NCBI GenBank assembly: GCA_045540855.1
Contig: JAZQHZ010000293.1
Span: 1-55,480 of the forward strand
DNA from: Clostridia bacterium
GTDB lineage: Bacteria > Bacillota > Clostridia > UBA1381
Direction of reading: 5' to 3'
Length of the DNA: 55,480 bases
Notes under the pieces: generated by a model
The model's input: the letters and a program-made list of their open reading frames with translations, nothing else
Told to the model about the DNA's origin: nothing
The model's database searches: none
Translations under genes and position numbers: made by a program
Part shown: positions 27,382 through 37,804 of the stretch, piece by piece
Layout: the number at the start of each line of letters is the position of its first letter
How positions within the stretch are numbered: position 1 is the stretch's first letter

Positions 27382-29391
27382 TTATAATGTTTTGCTGATT
27401 TGATACAGGGCTGAAAGAATGATTCCCGTACCGTGGTCATCATTATCAACCGTTCCAAGATTTATGTAATATTTTTCCTCCATAGAACAGCTTGAGCCAC
27501 GACATACATCAAATATATTTCCTTTGTCATCAATCTTATATGTCATAAGACCTTCATAGGCTTTTTGGATATTTTCTTTTACGCTATCGTTAAGCAATCC
27601 CAGCCTTATAGCTCTGCATAAGCCTATAATATACATACCGGTACACGAGGTTTCCTCATATGACTTATGATTATTCAGAACCTGATGCCACATTCCGTTC
27701 TTGCCCTGGAGACGTATTATGTTCTGAGCAAACACCTTAAAGGTTTCCTCCAGCTCCTTATATCCTTCTATATCCTTTGGAACTGTTTCCAGTACCTCTG
27801 ACATTGTTATAAATACCCATCCGTTTCCTCTGCCCCACGGAATACGGTTTGGTGTTTTTTCGTTTACAAAGTATATGTGCGAGAATATTCCTTCATCCTC
27901 CATAAACAGCTTTTTCTTAAATCCCAGCAGCTGCCGCACACATTCCTCTGACCATCTTCTGTCATTTTTCATCAGGGCGTATCTGAGCATAAACATACAG
28001 CTCATATACGTATCATCTGACCACATTGTATCACCACGATGGAAGGTTGTGTCATCAAACCTCGGAATAACATCTATTCTTTTTTCAAGAAATTCTGTTA
28101 TTTCTTTTGCATTTTCACTTTGTACAAGCTTATACAGCTCACACAAGTTCATACCAATTGTACCAATTGCATCCCAATCCTCCGGCATCATTCCGCGCTG
28201 TAAAAATGCTGATTCACCAAATGTCTCCATCTGCCATTTTTGCAGCTCGTAAAAATCAGCCAGGTCTGACATACTCTTAATAAAATACTCTTTATATCTA
28301 TCGTCACCTGTTATTCTTGAAGCATCCAGCAAGCCGTATTCACCGACCATCAATGCATAAAACCACTGTGCATAGAAATATGTACGCATATCCGCAACTA
28401 CATAATCATCACAGTCTGACAGCTTTAAAAAGCATTTTTTGCCGTCCGCATTTATATATGGTGTTTTTAAATCAAAATACAATTCAGGACCGTATTTTAT
28501 GTTGATGTCCTCTTCAACACCAAACGTGCCGGCAGTTGCCAGATTTATGCCGTACTCACGTGTTTTGCTGATAAACGGCAGATAAAATTCACCCTTATAT
28601 TCAAAGCTCCATTCATCGCCCTTTTCACATTTTACCAGCACAAAATCATCCTTCGACAATTCAAACGTGATTTTCTCTTTATCTGCAAAATATTCTTCCT
28701 TTGAATTAACGATAATTTTTGCTTTGCACTTAAAATCAAATTCTGCATTGCAAGTATTTTCCGCATACATCAGTGCATAGGCATATATACCGTTTTCTTT
28801 GGGATATATAGCTGTGAAATCAATGCTGTCATTCTTTGCAGGCGGTTCAGGATATTTCCATTCACCACGTTTTCCGTTCAAATCACTTACGGCTACGCCC
28901 TCTTCACCGTCATATTCTTTTTTCGGGCAAAGCATACTGATATGACATAAATAATCCTTTGCAAGCATTCCCGGATAATACTTGATTGACGGAGTAAAGC
29001 TCACCTTAAATTCATCGCCTGCTATACATTCAAGCTCCACTGTCACTCTGCCTGCTTTTTGCAAATAGCTTACAGTACCGTCTGATAATTCACATTCGAC
29101 TCCGTCTATAAATACCCTGCTTGCACCGCTGCACTTCAGCACTGCCTCAAATTCCGTTTCTGATTCTACAAGCACTGACACATATGCAAAATCCCCTGCT
29201 TTTGCATCCGGAAAAAGCTTATACAGATCAACCTCTCTTGCACCCAATGGCGAGTTATCACGTACATAAACCGGATTTCTTCTTGCAAAATATTCTACCT
29301 TGCCCTTCGGACGCAGCTCTAACATTCTGTCTGCTATTATTTTTGCCGTTTCTCTGACATTATTTGTCCTTGATAACATGTTGTCCTTCAT
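27382..29391 (-). CDS. Cytoplasmic GH88/GH105-clan unsaturated uronyl (glucuronyl/rhamnogalacturonyl) hydrolase with a ~330-aa N-terminal extension
   Basis: ORF track 669 aa. No signal peptide. C-terminal half motifs: MWSDDTYMSCMFML, RIPWGRGNGWVFITMSEV, MWHQVLN, EETSCTGMYIIGL, DDHGTGIILSAL. The WxRGNGW and ETS..T motifs are typical of YteR/UGL-type enzymes. Confidence 0.8.
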   Translation of the reverse strand: MKDNMLSRTNNVRETAKIIADRMLELRPKGKVEYFARRNPVYVRDNSPLGAREVDLYKLFPDAKAGDFAYVSVLVESETEFEAVLKCSGASRVFIDGVECELSDGTVSYLQKAGRVTVELECIAGDEFKVSFTPSIKYYPGMLAKDYLCHISMLCPKKEYDGEEGVAVSDLNGKRGEWKYPEPPAKNDSIDFTAIYPKENGIYAYALMYAENTCNAEFDFKCKAKIIVNSKEEYFADKEKITFELSKDDFVLVKCEKGDEWSFEYKGEFYLPFISKTREYGINLATAGTFGVEEDINIKYGPELYFDLKTPYINADGKKCFLKLSDCDDYVVADMRTYFYAQWFYALMVGEYGLLDASRITGDDRYKEYFIKSMSDLADFYELQKWQMETFGESAFLQRGMMPEDWDAIGTIGMNLCELYKLVQSENAKEITEFLEKRIDVIPRFDDTTFHRGDTMWSDDTYMSCMFMLRYALMKNDRRWSEECVRQLLGFKKKLFMEDEGIFSHIYFVNEKTPNRIPWGRGNGWVFITMSEVLETVPKDIEGYKELEETFKVFAQNIIRLQGKNGMWHQVLNNHKSYEETSCTGMYIIGLCRAIRLGLLNDSVKENIQKAYEGLMTYKIDDKGNIFDVCRGSSCSMEEKYYINLGTVDNDDHGTGIILSALYQISKTL

Positions 29392-29403
29392 AAAAGCCCC
29401 TTC

Positions 29404-31665
29404 TTATGTTCTGAACTGATATTGCTTAGGTGTTATTCCGTACTTCTCACGGAATTTACGTATGAAATAGTTTGAATTGCTGTAACCCATCATATCGCAT
29501 ACATCCTTGATTTTTACACTCTTATCCTTTAAAATCTCTGCACAACGTTCAAGCTTATTGTTTGTGAGATAGTCTATAAATCTTTCTCCTGTTTCATTCT
29601 TGAACATACGGCTGATATACGCCTGAGAAAGCATCAGATTATCTGCAACATACATCAGAGTGACATTTTTCATTTCTTCATCAGGTAAGGAATTTATAAA
29701 TTCTTTAATTCGTGTCGAAATTTCATATTCCTTTTCCTCATCATTGTTTTTATAGATTATATTAAGGCATACATTCTGTATAAATCCCATTATCTGGTCA
29801 AGCGTGTCTGCTGTCTTATATATGTCATACAGCGATTCCTTTTCCTTAACAATGTCGTCTGTTTCAATATTTCTCTCTTTCATATAATTGGATACAAAAT
29901 TGAGAAGCCGCATAAGAAACTGCTGCACATAATCATATGAAAAGCTTCCGTTTTTCAAAGTATTCACTATCTGAGAAATACATAAAAGAGTTTCATTTTC
30001 ATCTCTGTTATCTATACTCTTTTCAAGTTCCTTAAATAACGTTTCACAATCCAACGTCGAAACATTCTTTTCACTCATTTCAAGCTCCTTAAGATAAAAC
30101 ACCTTGAATCCGCTGTAAATGAAACTGTATTTTTGCATTTCGTGCAGACGCTCGTATATTCTTGATACATCATTTATGTCATAGGCTACATTGCCGACAT
30201 AAAGATGAAGATTCATATCCTGTTGCGAAAGCAATTTTTTCGTATCATTTAAAAATGTCTGTATTCCAAGTGTTCTTTCATTTTTTGAACATATTACAAC
30301 TATCAGCGATTGTGCCTCATTAAGACATAGTACAGTTGTGTTATCATTATTCAGTGAATTCAGGTATTCAATAAAGCTGTATTTGAAATATGCATCATTA
30401 TCCACTTCCGTTTCAATGAATTTACAGCTGATAACAGCAAATGCCCTGTACTCTCCTGTCATTCCGATAATTTCATAATGCTTTTTAAGATATTCATCGC
30501 TGATGTTTTTATTATGTATTATTTCATATGCAAAGTTACTTCTTGCTATCGGTAAAACATCCGATGCCAGCTTTTTATACTGCTTAATATCATCACCAAG
30601 CTGATAAATGGCATCACTTAAGAACGAGTAGGCATCACCTACTCTGCCCTTGCCCGTAAGTACTCCGACAAAATTAGCAAGATTATGTATCGGCATATAG
30701 TAGCTCTTCGATACAAAATATACGCCTAAAATTCCGATAAGCACCGCCAGAAGATAAATAATAAGCGTGAAAATCAAAATAACTCGGGTGTTCATATAAA
30801 CAACATCTATATTTCTTGTGCTTATATAGTTCCAGTTGTTATATTCCGATTTGAAATAGCTTACCAGCTTTTTCTCTCCGTCTATTTTACTTACAAAATA
30901 CCCGGTTTCATCGTCACTTTCTATTATTTTCTTTATGTACTTTTCATCAGAAATATCTTCATAAAGTAAGGCTTTGTTTGATGTGGAAATAATATTTCCC
31001 ATCTCATCTATAATTTCAATTCTTGCCTCGTCATCATTTTCAATATTCTTGAATGCCGACTGAAGACTTTCTTCATTGATATCAACCGCAATCATAGCCT
31101 TCGGAATAACATCCGCATACGGCGAATATCTCAGAATAAATGTCATAACATTTATTCCGTTACTGTTGCGGTAGGTGTTAATCCACTTTCTGCCCGACAT
31201 TCCCTGTTCGAAAATCTGTTTTTTCTCCGCAGTCGAACGGGTATATTTACTTTCATCATCCAGGTAGCTGATTCCTTCCGATGACATTATCATATTCCGG
31301 TGCGGCAAATAAATATGTACGTTTTCCACAAAATCCTCTGCATCAACCATAGCAGATAAATTAGTGTAATAATCATACATAAATCTTGTACCTAACGGCT
31401 CTGTACCATAAAGCCTGTCTGTTTCACTTCCCGGCTTTACTGATATAAAATTCTGTGCCGCAAAAACTTCTGCTTTTCTGAAAATATAGGTATCTGTGAA
31501 AACCTCTACCTGATTAAGCAGCTTAATGCTCACCTCGGACATTGAGCTTTTTATCTTGCTTGATGAATAGGTGTAGACAGCACCTGCCACAACTGTGACA
31601 AGTGCTATCACCAACACTGCTGATATAAACAAAAGCCGTCCAAAAAATTCGTCACGTTTTCTCAT
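29404..31665 (-). CDS. Membrane-spanning AraC-family one-component regulator (second copy of the TM-sensor-TM-HTH architecture)
   Basis: ORF track 753 aa. TM segments: LLFISAVLVIALVTVVAGAVY and VILIFTLIIYLLAVLIGILGVYFV. HTH: QAYISRMFKNETGERFIDYLTNNKLERCAEIL...GYSNSNYFIRKFREKYGITPKQY. Confidence 0.8.
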   Translation of the reverse strand: MRKRDEFFGRLLFISAVLVIALVTVVAGAVYTYSSSKIKSSMSEVSIKLLNQVEVFTDTYIFRKAEVFAAQNFISVKPGSETDRLYGTEPLGTRFMYDYYTNLSAMVDAEDFVENVHIYLPHRNMIMSSEGISYLDDESKYTRSTAEKKQIFEQGMSGRKWINTYRNSNGINVMTFILRYSPYADVIPKAMIAVDINEESLQSAFKNIENDDEARIEIIDEMGNIISTSNKALLYEDISDEKYIKKIIESDDETGYFVSKIDGEKKLVSYFKSEYNNWNYISTRNIDVVYMNTRVILIFTLIIYLLAVLIGILGVYFVSKSYYMPIHNLANFVGVLTGKGRVGDAYSFLSDAIYQLGDDIKQYKKLASDVLPIARSNFAYEIIHNKNISDEYLKKHYEIIGMTGEYRAFAVISCKFIETEVDNDAYFKYSFIEYLNSLNNDNTTVLCLNEAQSLIVVICSKNERTLGIQTFLNDTKKLLSQQDMNLHLYVGNVAYDINDVSRIYERLHEMQKYSFIYSGFKVFYLKELEMSEKNVSTLDCETLFKELEKSIDNRDENETLLCISQIVNTLKNGSFSYDYVQQFLMRLLNFVSNYMKERNIETDDIVKEKESLYDIYKTADTLDQIMGFIQNVCLNIIYKNNDEEKEYEISTRIKEFINSLPDEEMKNVTLMYVADNLMLSQAYISRMFKNETGERFIDYLTNNKLERCAEILKDKSVKIKDVCDMMGYSNSNYFIRKFREKYGITPKQYQFRT

Positions 31666-31713
31666 TATTAAAAATAATTTTCCTTATGTTTATTTGCTTT
31701 AAACTATACTTGA

Positions 31714-34700
31714 TTATCCAATCGCTCTTAATATCATCACCACTGCCTGTGCACGTGTTGCATTCGACATTGGCTCAAAACGGTTATCTCCCATTCCTGT
31801 TACAATACCCATTGAATTCAATGACATAACAGCATCCTTTGCATAATCCGAAATCTCTGATGTATCTGCAAATTCATTGCCCGATACACTCATATCCACG
31901 CCCTGCTTTTCAAGCATTCTTGCAATGATAGTTGCTATATCCTGACGTGTTATCATATTTCCGCTGCCAAAGCTTGTTTCACTTACACCCTGAATAATTC
32001 CCGCTTCAACTGCACTTGCCACATACGGGGAATACCACGCATCAGGGCTTACATCGTCAAATTCCGCTGTTGCAGCCGGATTATATAATTTAAAGCTCTC
32101 AACAACCAGCTTTACAAATTCTTCACGTGTAATCGGATCATTCGGTCTGAAATATGTATCCTTCGATACAACTCCCATATTGACCATTTCATAGATATTA
32201 TGTGCTGCCCAGAAATCAGCACTTACATCAGCAAATGCAAATGCCTTCTGTTCCGGGACATTTACAATCGGCTTTTCTATCGTAATTCCTGACAGAGCTG
32301 AGCCTCCAAAGGAGCCGCCACCGCCACCGCCGCCTGAACCGCCGGAGGAGCCGCCTGTTCCTATAACAACAACATTATAGTAATACTTTTCGCTTTCTTC
32401 TCCGTTGGTAAAGGTCGCCGTAAGCTTTACTGTTTTGTTTTCCTTTGCGCGCCTTACTTCACCGTCATCCGATATCGCAGAAGTATTACTTGACTTCCAC
32501 GAAATCTCTGTTCCGTATCTGCCTTGTTCAGGAAGATCTATATCCTCCTTTGTTCTTTTCGGAATATCTACAAGCTTATAATCAAGTGCTATTGCCTCTG
32601 TTGCCGGATAAGTCTTTTCAACTACTACCTCAAACTGCTTTAAAACTGTTATTGAATCAAGAGTAATTGATGCAGTTAAAATAACTTTAATATTCTTATC
32701 GCCTCTACTTACCTCTGCATCAGTTCCGTTAATTATAATAGCACTGTTATCCGATGCCCATGTCAGCTTTGCATCGCCTATTGAATCAGGAAGCTCAAAA
32801 TCACTTACAATTCCGTCTGTGTTTTCTACATATTCGGTTATATCAAGCTCTGCCGCAATTTTTTCTATTTCATCTGCCACATCACTCACAAGTAAAATAG
32901 CTGAATTTGTTAGTGAAACCCTTTCATCTGCGTAATCTCTGAGTGTCAGCTTGATTATATATTCACCCTCAGCATCTGCACTTATCTCGGATTTATCCGT
33001 ATCTATTGTAACCGCTCCGTCACATTCAAATTCTATGGCATCGTAGTACTTTTTGTCAAGAACACTTCCGTCCGTAAGTAAAAGCTTAAATTCCGCACTT
33101 TCTCCCGGCTTTAATGCCGCTTCATCCATTGCAAATTCAAGGCTTCTTACTCCAATCGCTTCATATACCCTTATGTTATCAAGCATAAGCTCTGTGCTTT
33201 GCGTATTGAAGCTTACTGTACCCTTATCAAGCTTCATTGACGGATTATAATAGCTTACAGTGTCCAGAAGAGTCTCATCATCCATTACTGATAACAGTAA
33301 AGTATTAGCTGCTGCAACCGCCGAAAAAGTATAATACTTATCAAAGCTTCTGTTGCTTCTGTTCAGTATTCCTATTGGTGACTTACCCGCACCGTAGAGT
33401 GTCCACTGTCCCATATTGCTTGATGATGCGGTTCTTCCTAAGAATATTCTGTCACGGCTTGTTGCTCCTGTAAGTGTATTATCCTCAGTATTATATGCAC
33501 TTACATCTGAATAAGCAAATCTGTATGAGCTTGTGCCCTTAGTCATAAGCCCCATCGAAAACTGAGCATTACTGTTTGCACTACATCCAAGCTGTTTTGC
33601 ATCAAATTCAGCAATTGCTCCGGAGAGTTCCGGTCCGAATGACGGGCCGGTGAATACCTTTCCCTTTGCGTCTATATGCAAAGCCCCGTCCTCATACTTT
33701 ATTGTTTCATTATCAATTGCTCCTGCAATGTCAGAATCAATGTCAGACTCATTATCGAAGTCTTCTGAATAAACCAGCTCACCCTTTAATATAACATCTC
33801 TTTCAGGAAGTTCTATGCCCTTAAGCAATACCTCAAAGCTCTTATACTCACTGCTTTCTCCTCTTGTTATCTGAGCCTTGAGTTCTATGACTGTATCCTC
33901 TTGCGATGCAATCACCTTTGCATTTTCACCGTTGATTCTTACTTTAGACGAAGACGATGTCCAGATAATTTCTGTATTATATATGCCACTTACAGGCAAA
34001 GTGAAATCTCCGTCAACCGTATCAAAAGGAAGTGCAAGTGCATCCTTCGCCAGTGCAACTGCCTTTTCATCTGTCATAGCTTCAAAAGCAAAGCTGCTTG
34101 TAAGTGTTTTTCCGGTATAAAAATCCTTTGCTGTAATATCGAGCGAAAGTCCATCGGCAGTAATTGCTGTAATTGTAGCATTTTCAGCATCAACCATCAA
34201 TTTTTCACTGTCATACTCAAATGCAAAGCTTGAATTACAGGATTTATCCAATGAATGCCACGCACCCTCTGTGTCACGCACTCTTATATTGAATGCTGTG
34301 GTTTCGCCTTGAGTAAGCTCCATATTTTCAGCCTCTATTGAAATCTCGCTTATCTCAATAGCCTCATACATCTCTATTTCATCTATGTATGCCGAACAAT
34401 TCTGTGCACCAAGATAAAACTTACCCTTTTGTGCTACATCATATTCACTGATATCAGCCTCTATCGAACTCACCGTTTCGCCATCCTGAGAAGTTACGCT
34501 ATAATATGCATTATCACCCACTACCGCTGTGGTAAAGGTATAATAATCAGCAAAGCTTCTGCTTGATGTGTCCTCAATCCCCATAGTGTCGCTCATTGAC
34601 AGAATGTTCCACTGAGTCATATCGTCACTTCCGTCTGAATATGCTATTGATATTCTGTCACGACTTCTTGCTCCACTGAAATCTCCGTTTTCTGTGCTGT

Positions 34701-35091
34701 ATTTTGTAATATCATGATATGCAAATTTTACTCCTGAGCCACCTGCCTCCTGAGCACGCAGTGTCATAAATACAGAGTTATTCGTTGCACCTGACGCCTT
34801 GTTCAGCTTCATTGAATATTTGGTTATCACATCACCGGCTTCACTGCCTGCAAGCGAAAGCATATTATCTATTTTTCCTACACGGTCAAATGCAAGAACT
34901 CCCTTATCTGAGTCACTTGATATTGTGTACTCTGCATTTTCACAGAAATCCACGCTTTCATCAAAGCTCTCATAATATATCCTGTTTCCCGGAATGATAA
35001 CCGTCTCTTCAGCTGATACATTTAGTACTGCAATATTTTGTGATACCATCATAACGCACAGTACACCGCTTAAGAGTTTATTTAATTTCAT
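31714..35091 (-). CDS. SLH-anchored cell-surface multidomain protein: two FGPE/SRDR-type LamG-like modules, Ig-like modules, three short 'atrophied Ig' repeats, Gly-rich linker, C-terminal SLH triad
   Basis: The ORF track starts at the ATG at 35139. I prefer the ATG at 35091 (MKLNKLLSGVLCVMMVSQNIAVLNVSA, a signal peptide) with a GGAGAAATAGT SD. SLH repeats: FADVSADFWAAHNIYEMVNMGVV, FDDVSPDAWYSPYVASAVEAGII, FADTSEISDYAKDAVMSLNSMGIV. Confidence 0.85.
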   Translation of the reverse strand: MKLNKLLSGVLCVMMVSQNIAVLNVSAEETVIIPGNRIYYESFDESVDFCENAEYTISSDSDKGVLAFDRVGKIDNMLSLAGSEAGDVITKYSMKLNKASGATNNSVFMTLRAQEAGGSGVKFAYHDITKYSTENGDFSGARSRDRISIAYSDGSDDMTQWNILSMSDTMGIEDTSSRSFADYYTFTTAVVGDNAYYSVTSQDGETVSSIEADISEYDVAQKGKFYLGAQNCSAYIDEIEMYEAIEISEISIEAENMELTQGETTAFNIRVRDTEGAWHSLDKSCNSSFAFEYDSEKLMVDAENATITAITADGLSLDITAKDFYTGKTLTSSFAFEAMTDEKAVALAKDALALPFDTVDGDFTLPVSGIYNTEIIWTSSSSKVRINGENAKVIASQEDTVIELKAQITRGESSEYKSFEVLLKGIELPERDVILKGELVYSEDFDNESDIDSDIAGAIDNETIKYEDGALHIDAKGKVFTGPSFGPELSGAIAEFDAKQLGCSANSNAQFSMGLMTKGTSSYRFAYSDVSAYNTEDNTLTGATSRDRIFLGRTASSSNMGQWTLYGAGKSPIGILNRSNRSFDKYYTFSAVAAANTLLLSVMDDETLLDTVSYYNPSMKLDKGTVSFNTQSTELMLDNIRVYEAIGVRSLEFAMDEAALKPGESAEFKLLLTDGSVLDKKYYDAIEFECDGAVTIDTDKSEISADAEGEYIIKLTLRDYADERVSLTNSAILLVSDVADEIEKIAAELDITEYVENTDGIVSDFELPDSIGDAKLTWASDNSAIIINGTDAEVSRGDKNIKVILTASITLDSITVLKQFEVVVEKTYPATEAIALDYKLVDIPKRTKEDIDLPEQGRYGTEISWKSSNTSAISDDGEVRRAKENKTVKLTATFTNGEESEKYYYNVVVIGTGGSSGGSGGGGGGGSFGGSALSGITIEKPIVNVPEQKAFAFADVSADFWAAHNIYEMVNMGVVSKDTYFRPNDPITREEFVKLVVESFKLYNPAATAEFDDVSPDAWYSPYVASAVEAGIIQGVSETSFGSGNMITRQDIATIIARMLEKQGVDMSVSGNEFADTSEISDYAKDAVMSLNSMGIVTGMGDNRFEPMSNATRAQAVVMILRAIG
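32299..32361 (-). repeat. GC-rich low-complexity tract encoding a Gly/Ser linker (GTGGSSGGSGGGGGGGSFGGS)
   Basis: The run ggagccgccaccgccaccgccgcctgaaccgccggaggagccgcc is strikingly GC-rich within an AT-rich gene. It separates the ectodomain from the SLH triad. Confidence 0.9.
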
Positions 35092-35142
35092 ACTATTTCT
35101 CCATTCCGCCGCTTGTGCGGCACAATTTTTGTATGGCATGAT

Positions 35143-37803
35143 TTATCTGGGTTCTCCTCTGTAAATCACAATCTGCTGCGGTACATAGCTATATGCACGC
35201 ATAAATACAATATCTCCCTTGATTATATCGCTAAGCTCTCCTACACGGAATTCACCTTCGTTATAATCCATAATATAAACCTGAGCCGATGCCGTAGCCA
35301 TCAGATGACGCATTTCCTTCGCTGCAGGTGCATCTCCGTATGCTTTTGAAACATTAATGGAGTATGTTGTTGAATTTATGTCGCTGACCTCTCCAAATAC
35401 CGTATGCAATGGAGTAAGTGCCACATCATTATACTCGTCTATCATAATATTTGACGGAATACGCTCGTAGAATCTACCCGTAATCTCATCGCCTCTTAAT
35501 AATATCGTAAAATCACGTATCTGATTTTTCTCATTTACACTGTAAAGAATAACATCGCCCTTCTTGAGCTCTGATGCCAGTGTTTGTGAATACGCCCATG
35601 AATCCTGAGTTGAATTATGCAAATCTGCACTCTGAGTCTTGAATGTCAACTCCTTACCTGCTGTAAGCATAGTAACCTCAACTGCATCCTCGTCTCCGTC
35701 ATTTACAACCACACTCTTTGTTATTACTCCCACTGTACGCTTCATTAAAGCATCAGTCAGCCTTGCATTTATTCCCGGCTGCTCAATTGTACGTCTTATA
35801 ACAAGCACTCCTGCAGTTCTGTCGGGACGTGTATCATAAATATCAAAATTACTGTAATTGATATCAGTGCTGAATGCACTTAAGGTACCTGCCGCATAAT
35901 CAGAAGCATCTGCTTTGTTTATCTCATTTTCGAGCGGAAGATAGAATATCTTGGTCGTTGCACCGATATGATAGTTTATACCAATGTTATAACGATACAT
36001 TCTCGTATCTGTATTTCTTACACTCTTATCAAGCGAAAAGGCATCGTCGCATATTCCATATTCTGTCATATCCTGTGCAGTATAAAGCTTTAAAATTGTA
36101 CCCTCTTCATCCGTTGTGAACTTCAACAGCTGCTGTATGCCTTTGCCTAAAGCATCCATAAGTCCTTTTTCTATAAGATTTTTCTTGTCAAATTTTATCT
36201 TCTTATCATTGACTATCAGATTTTCTGCCACAGGCATACGCTCAATTGTTCCGTCATCCAAGAGCATTTTAAACTTCATATCCTGAGAAAGAACATCCGG
36301 ATTATCATAGCTAAGTCCCATAAGCCATCCGTAGCTTTCGTTCTTTGATGAATATTCAACATCAACTACTTTCCCGAAATAGCTTATATATGCTGTATAG
36401 TTATTTCCTACACGCAATGCTGCTTTTTCAAAATCAAACTGCTTTGAAATCGGGTATGTTTTATCGCCTACGGTTATGCTCTCTTCGTCATAGCTCTTTA
36501 AAATATCACTTACCTTTGCGGTTGATGCCCATATTGTAATACGTTCATCCTCACCTATTGCTATACTTACAGCATAGCCGGTGCTCATATCTGAAAGCTC
36601 TTTTCTTTTTCCGTCAATGTAGATAAATATATCCTTTTCACGCAACTCCATAAGCCCGTAATTTTTGAAATACAGACTTTCGTTTGAGATATTGACGCCC
36701 TCTGTCACGTCATCGGTTGTCTGATATACCATTACAACCTCATATTTACCGTCATCATCGTTATCCACAAGCTTAATAAAGCCCTCTTCCGGCTTTAAAA
36801 GCTCATCATCATAGCTTTGACGGTAGCATCCGTTATATATAACCGCAGCTGATTCCAATCTGTATTTTTCATTGTCTCTGCCTTCAACTGCTTTTATAAT
36901 TTCTCCACCCGATACTGAAGTTATATCCTTTGCATCAATAGTAACTGAGCTGTTTTCACCCGGCACCGGTGCTATTGCCTTTAACGTGTATGTATCCGCA
37001 TTTTTGTCCTTTAAGGCAAATACCGTTACTTCATAGCCAAGATATTCTGTACATTCCTGACCACCAAGCTCAATTCTTTCACCGTCGACAATTATATACG
37101 GCAAAATCCCCGTCTCCGAGCCATCTATTGAGGTATTTCCGTCATAGGTAAGAATACCTTCAAATCTCACCAAATCCAGATACTCCTCCATTGCCCGGAT
37201 ATCGGTTGCGGTATAAATTGCATCACCGCCTTCAACCTGAGTAAGCTTCATTACAGGAATTTCCATTGCCTGATAAAGTAACGTCACGAGCTGTGCTCTT
37301 GTAAGCGGAAGCTGCGAAGCGTAACCAAGGTCAAGTCTCGAAGCTGTTTTTATATATCCGTCGGGATATCCGCCTTCAAAATTACAGTAATCAGCATATC
37401 CCATAGCTGAAAGCAATATTTTAACCGCCTCTGTATAAGTAATTTCCCTGTCAGGATTAAATGCTGAGCTTCCGGTTCCGTTTATTGCACCTATGTCTGC
37501 AAGTGCATTTACATATCCGAAATACTCCGCCTCACTGTCTATATCGGAAAAATATCCGTTAGTTGTTGACGGTTCAAGAGCAAGGAGCTTGGCTGCACTT
37601 ATTGCAAACTCACCTCTTGTAACCGTACTATCCGGACGGAAGGTTGCGTCCTCATATCCGCTTACTATATCAAGCTGTTCAAGAATATCAAGCTTATTTG
37701 CGACATTTTCGTTATCAATATCTATATAGGCACCCTGTGCAGGGATACTTAAAAGCATTGATATAATCATCATCGCACATATCGCCAATTTTTTCAAGTA
37801 CAT
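35143..37803 (-). CDS. Cell-surface protein with N-terminal SLH triad and ~650-aa beta-rich region of unknown function
   Basis: ORF track 886 aa. Signal peptide MYLKKLAICAMMIISMLLSIPAQGA. SLH repeats: ILEQLDIVSGYEDATFRPDSTVTRGEFA and FSDIDSEAEYFGYVNALADIGAINGT. The start lies 1 nt after the upstream stop, and its GGAGGAA SD sits inside the upstream gene. Confidence 0.8.
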   Translation of the reverse strand: MYLKKLAICAMMIISMLLSIPAQGAYIDIDNENVANKLDILEQLDIVSGYEDATFRPDSTVTRGEFAISAAKLLALEPSTTNGYFSDIDSEAEYFGYVNALADIGAINGTGSSAFNPDREITYTEAVKILLSAMGYADYCNFEGGYPDGYIKTASRLDLGYASQLPLTRAQLVTLLYQAMEIPVMKLTQVEGGDAIYTATDIRAMEEYLDLVRFEGILTYDGNTSIDGSETGILPYIIVDGERIELGGQECTEYLGYEVTVFALKDKNADTYTLKAIAPVPGENSSVTIDAKDITSVSGGEIIKAVEGRDNEKYRLESAAVIYNGCYRQSYDDELLKPEEGFIKLVDNDDDGKYEVVMVYQTTDDVTEGVNISNESLYFKNYGLMELREKDIFIYIDGKRKELSDMSTGYAVSIAIGEDERITIWASTAKVSDILKSYDEESITVGDKTYPISKQFDFEKAALRVGNNYTAYISYFGKVVDVEYSSKNESYGWLMGLSYDNPDVLSQDMKFKMLLDDGTIERMPVAENLIVNDKKIKFDKKNLIEKGLMDALGKGIQQLLKFTTDEEGTILKLYTAQDMTEYGICDDAFSLDKSVRNTDTRMYRYNIGINYHIGATTKIFYLPLENEINKADASDYAAGTLSAFSTDINYSNFDIYDTRPDRTAGVLVIRRTIEQPGINARLTDALMKRTVGVITKSVVVNDGDEDAVEVTMLTAGKELTFKTQSADLHNSTQDSWAYSQTLASELKKGDVILYSVNEKNQIRDFTILLRGDEITGRFYERIPSNIMIDEYNDVALTPLHTVFGEVSDINSTTYSINVSKAYGDAPAAKEMRHLMATASAQVYIMDYNEGEFRVGELSDIIKGDIVFMRAYSYVPQQIVIYRGEPR

Positions 37804-37804
37804 A

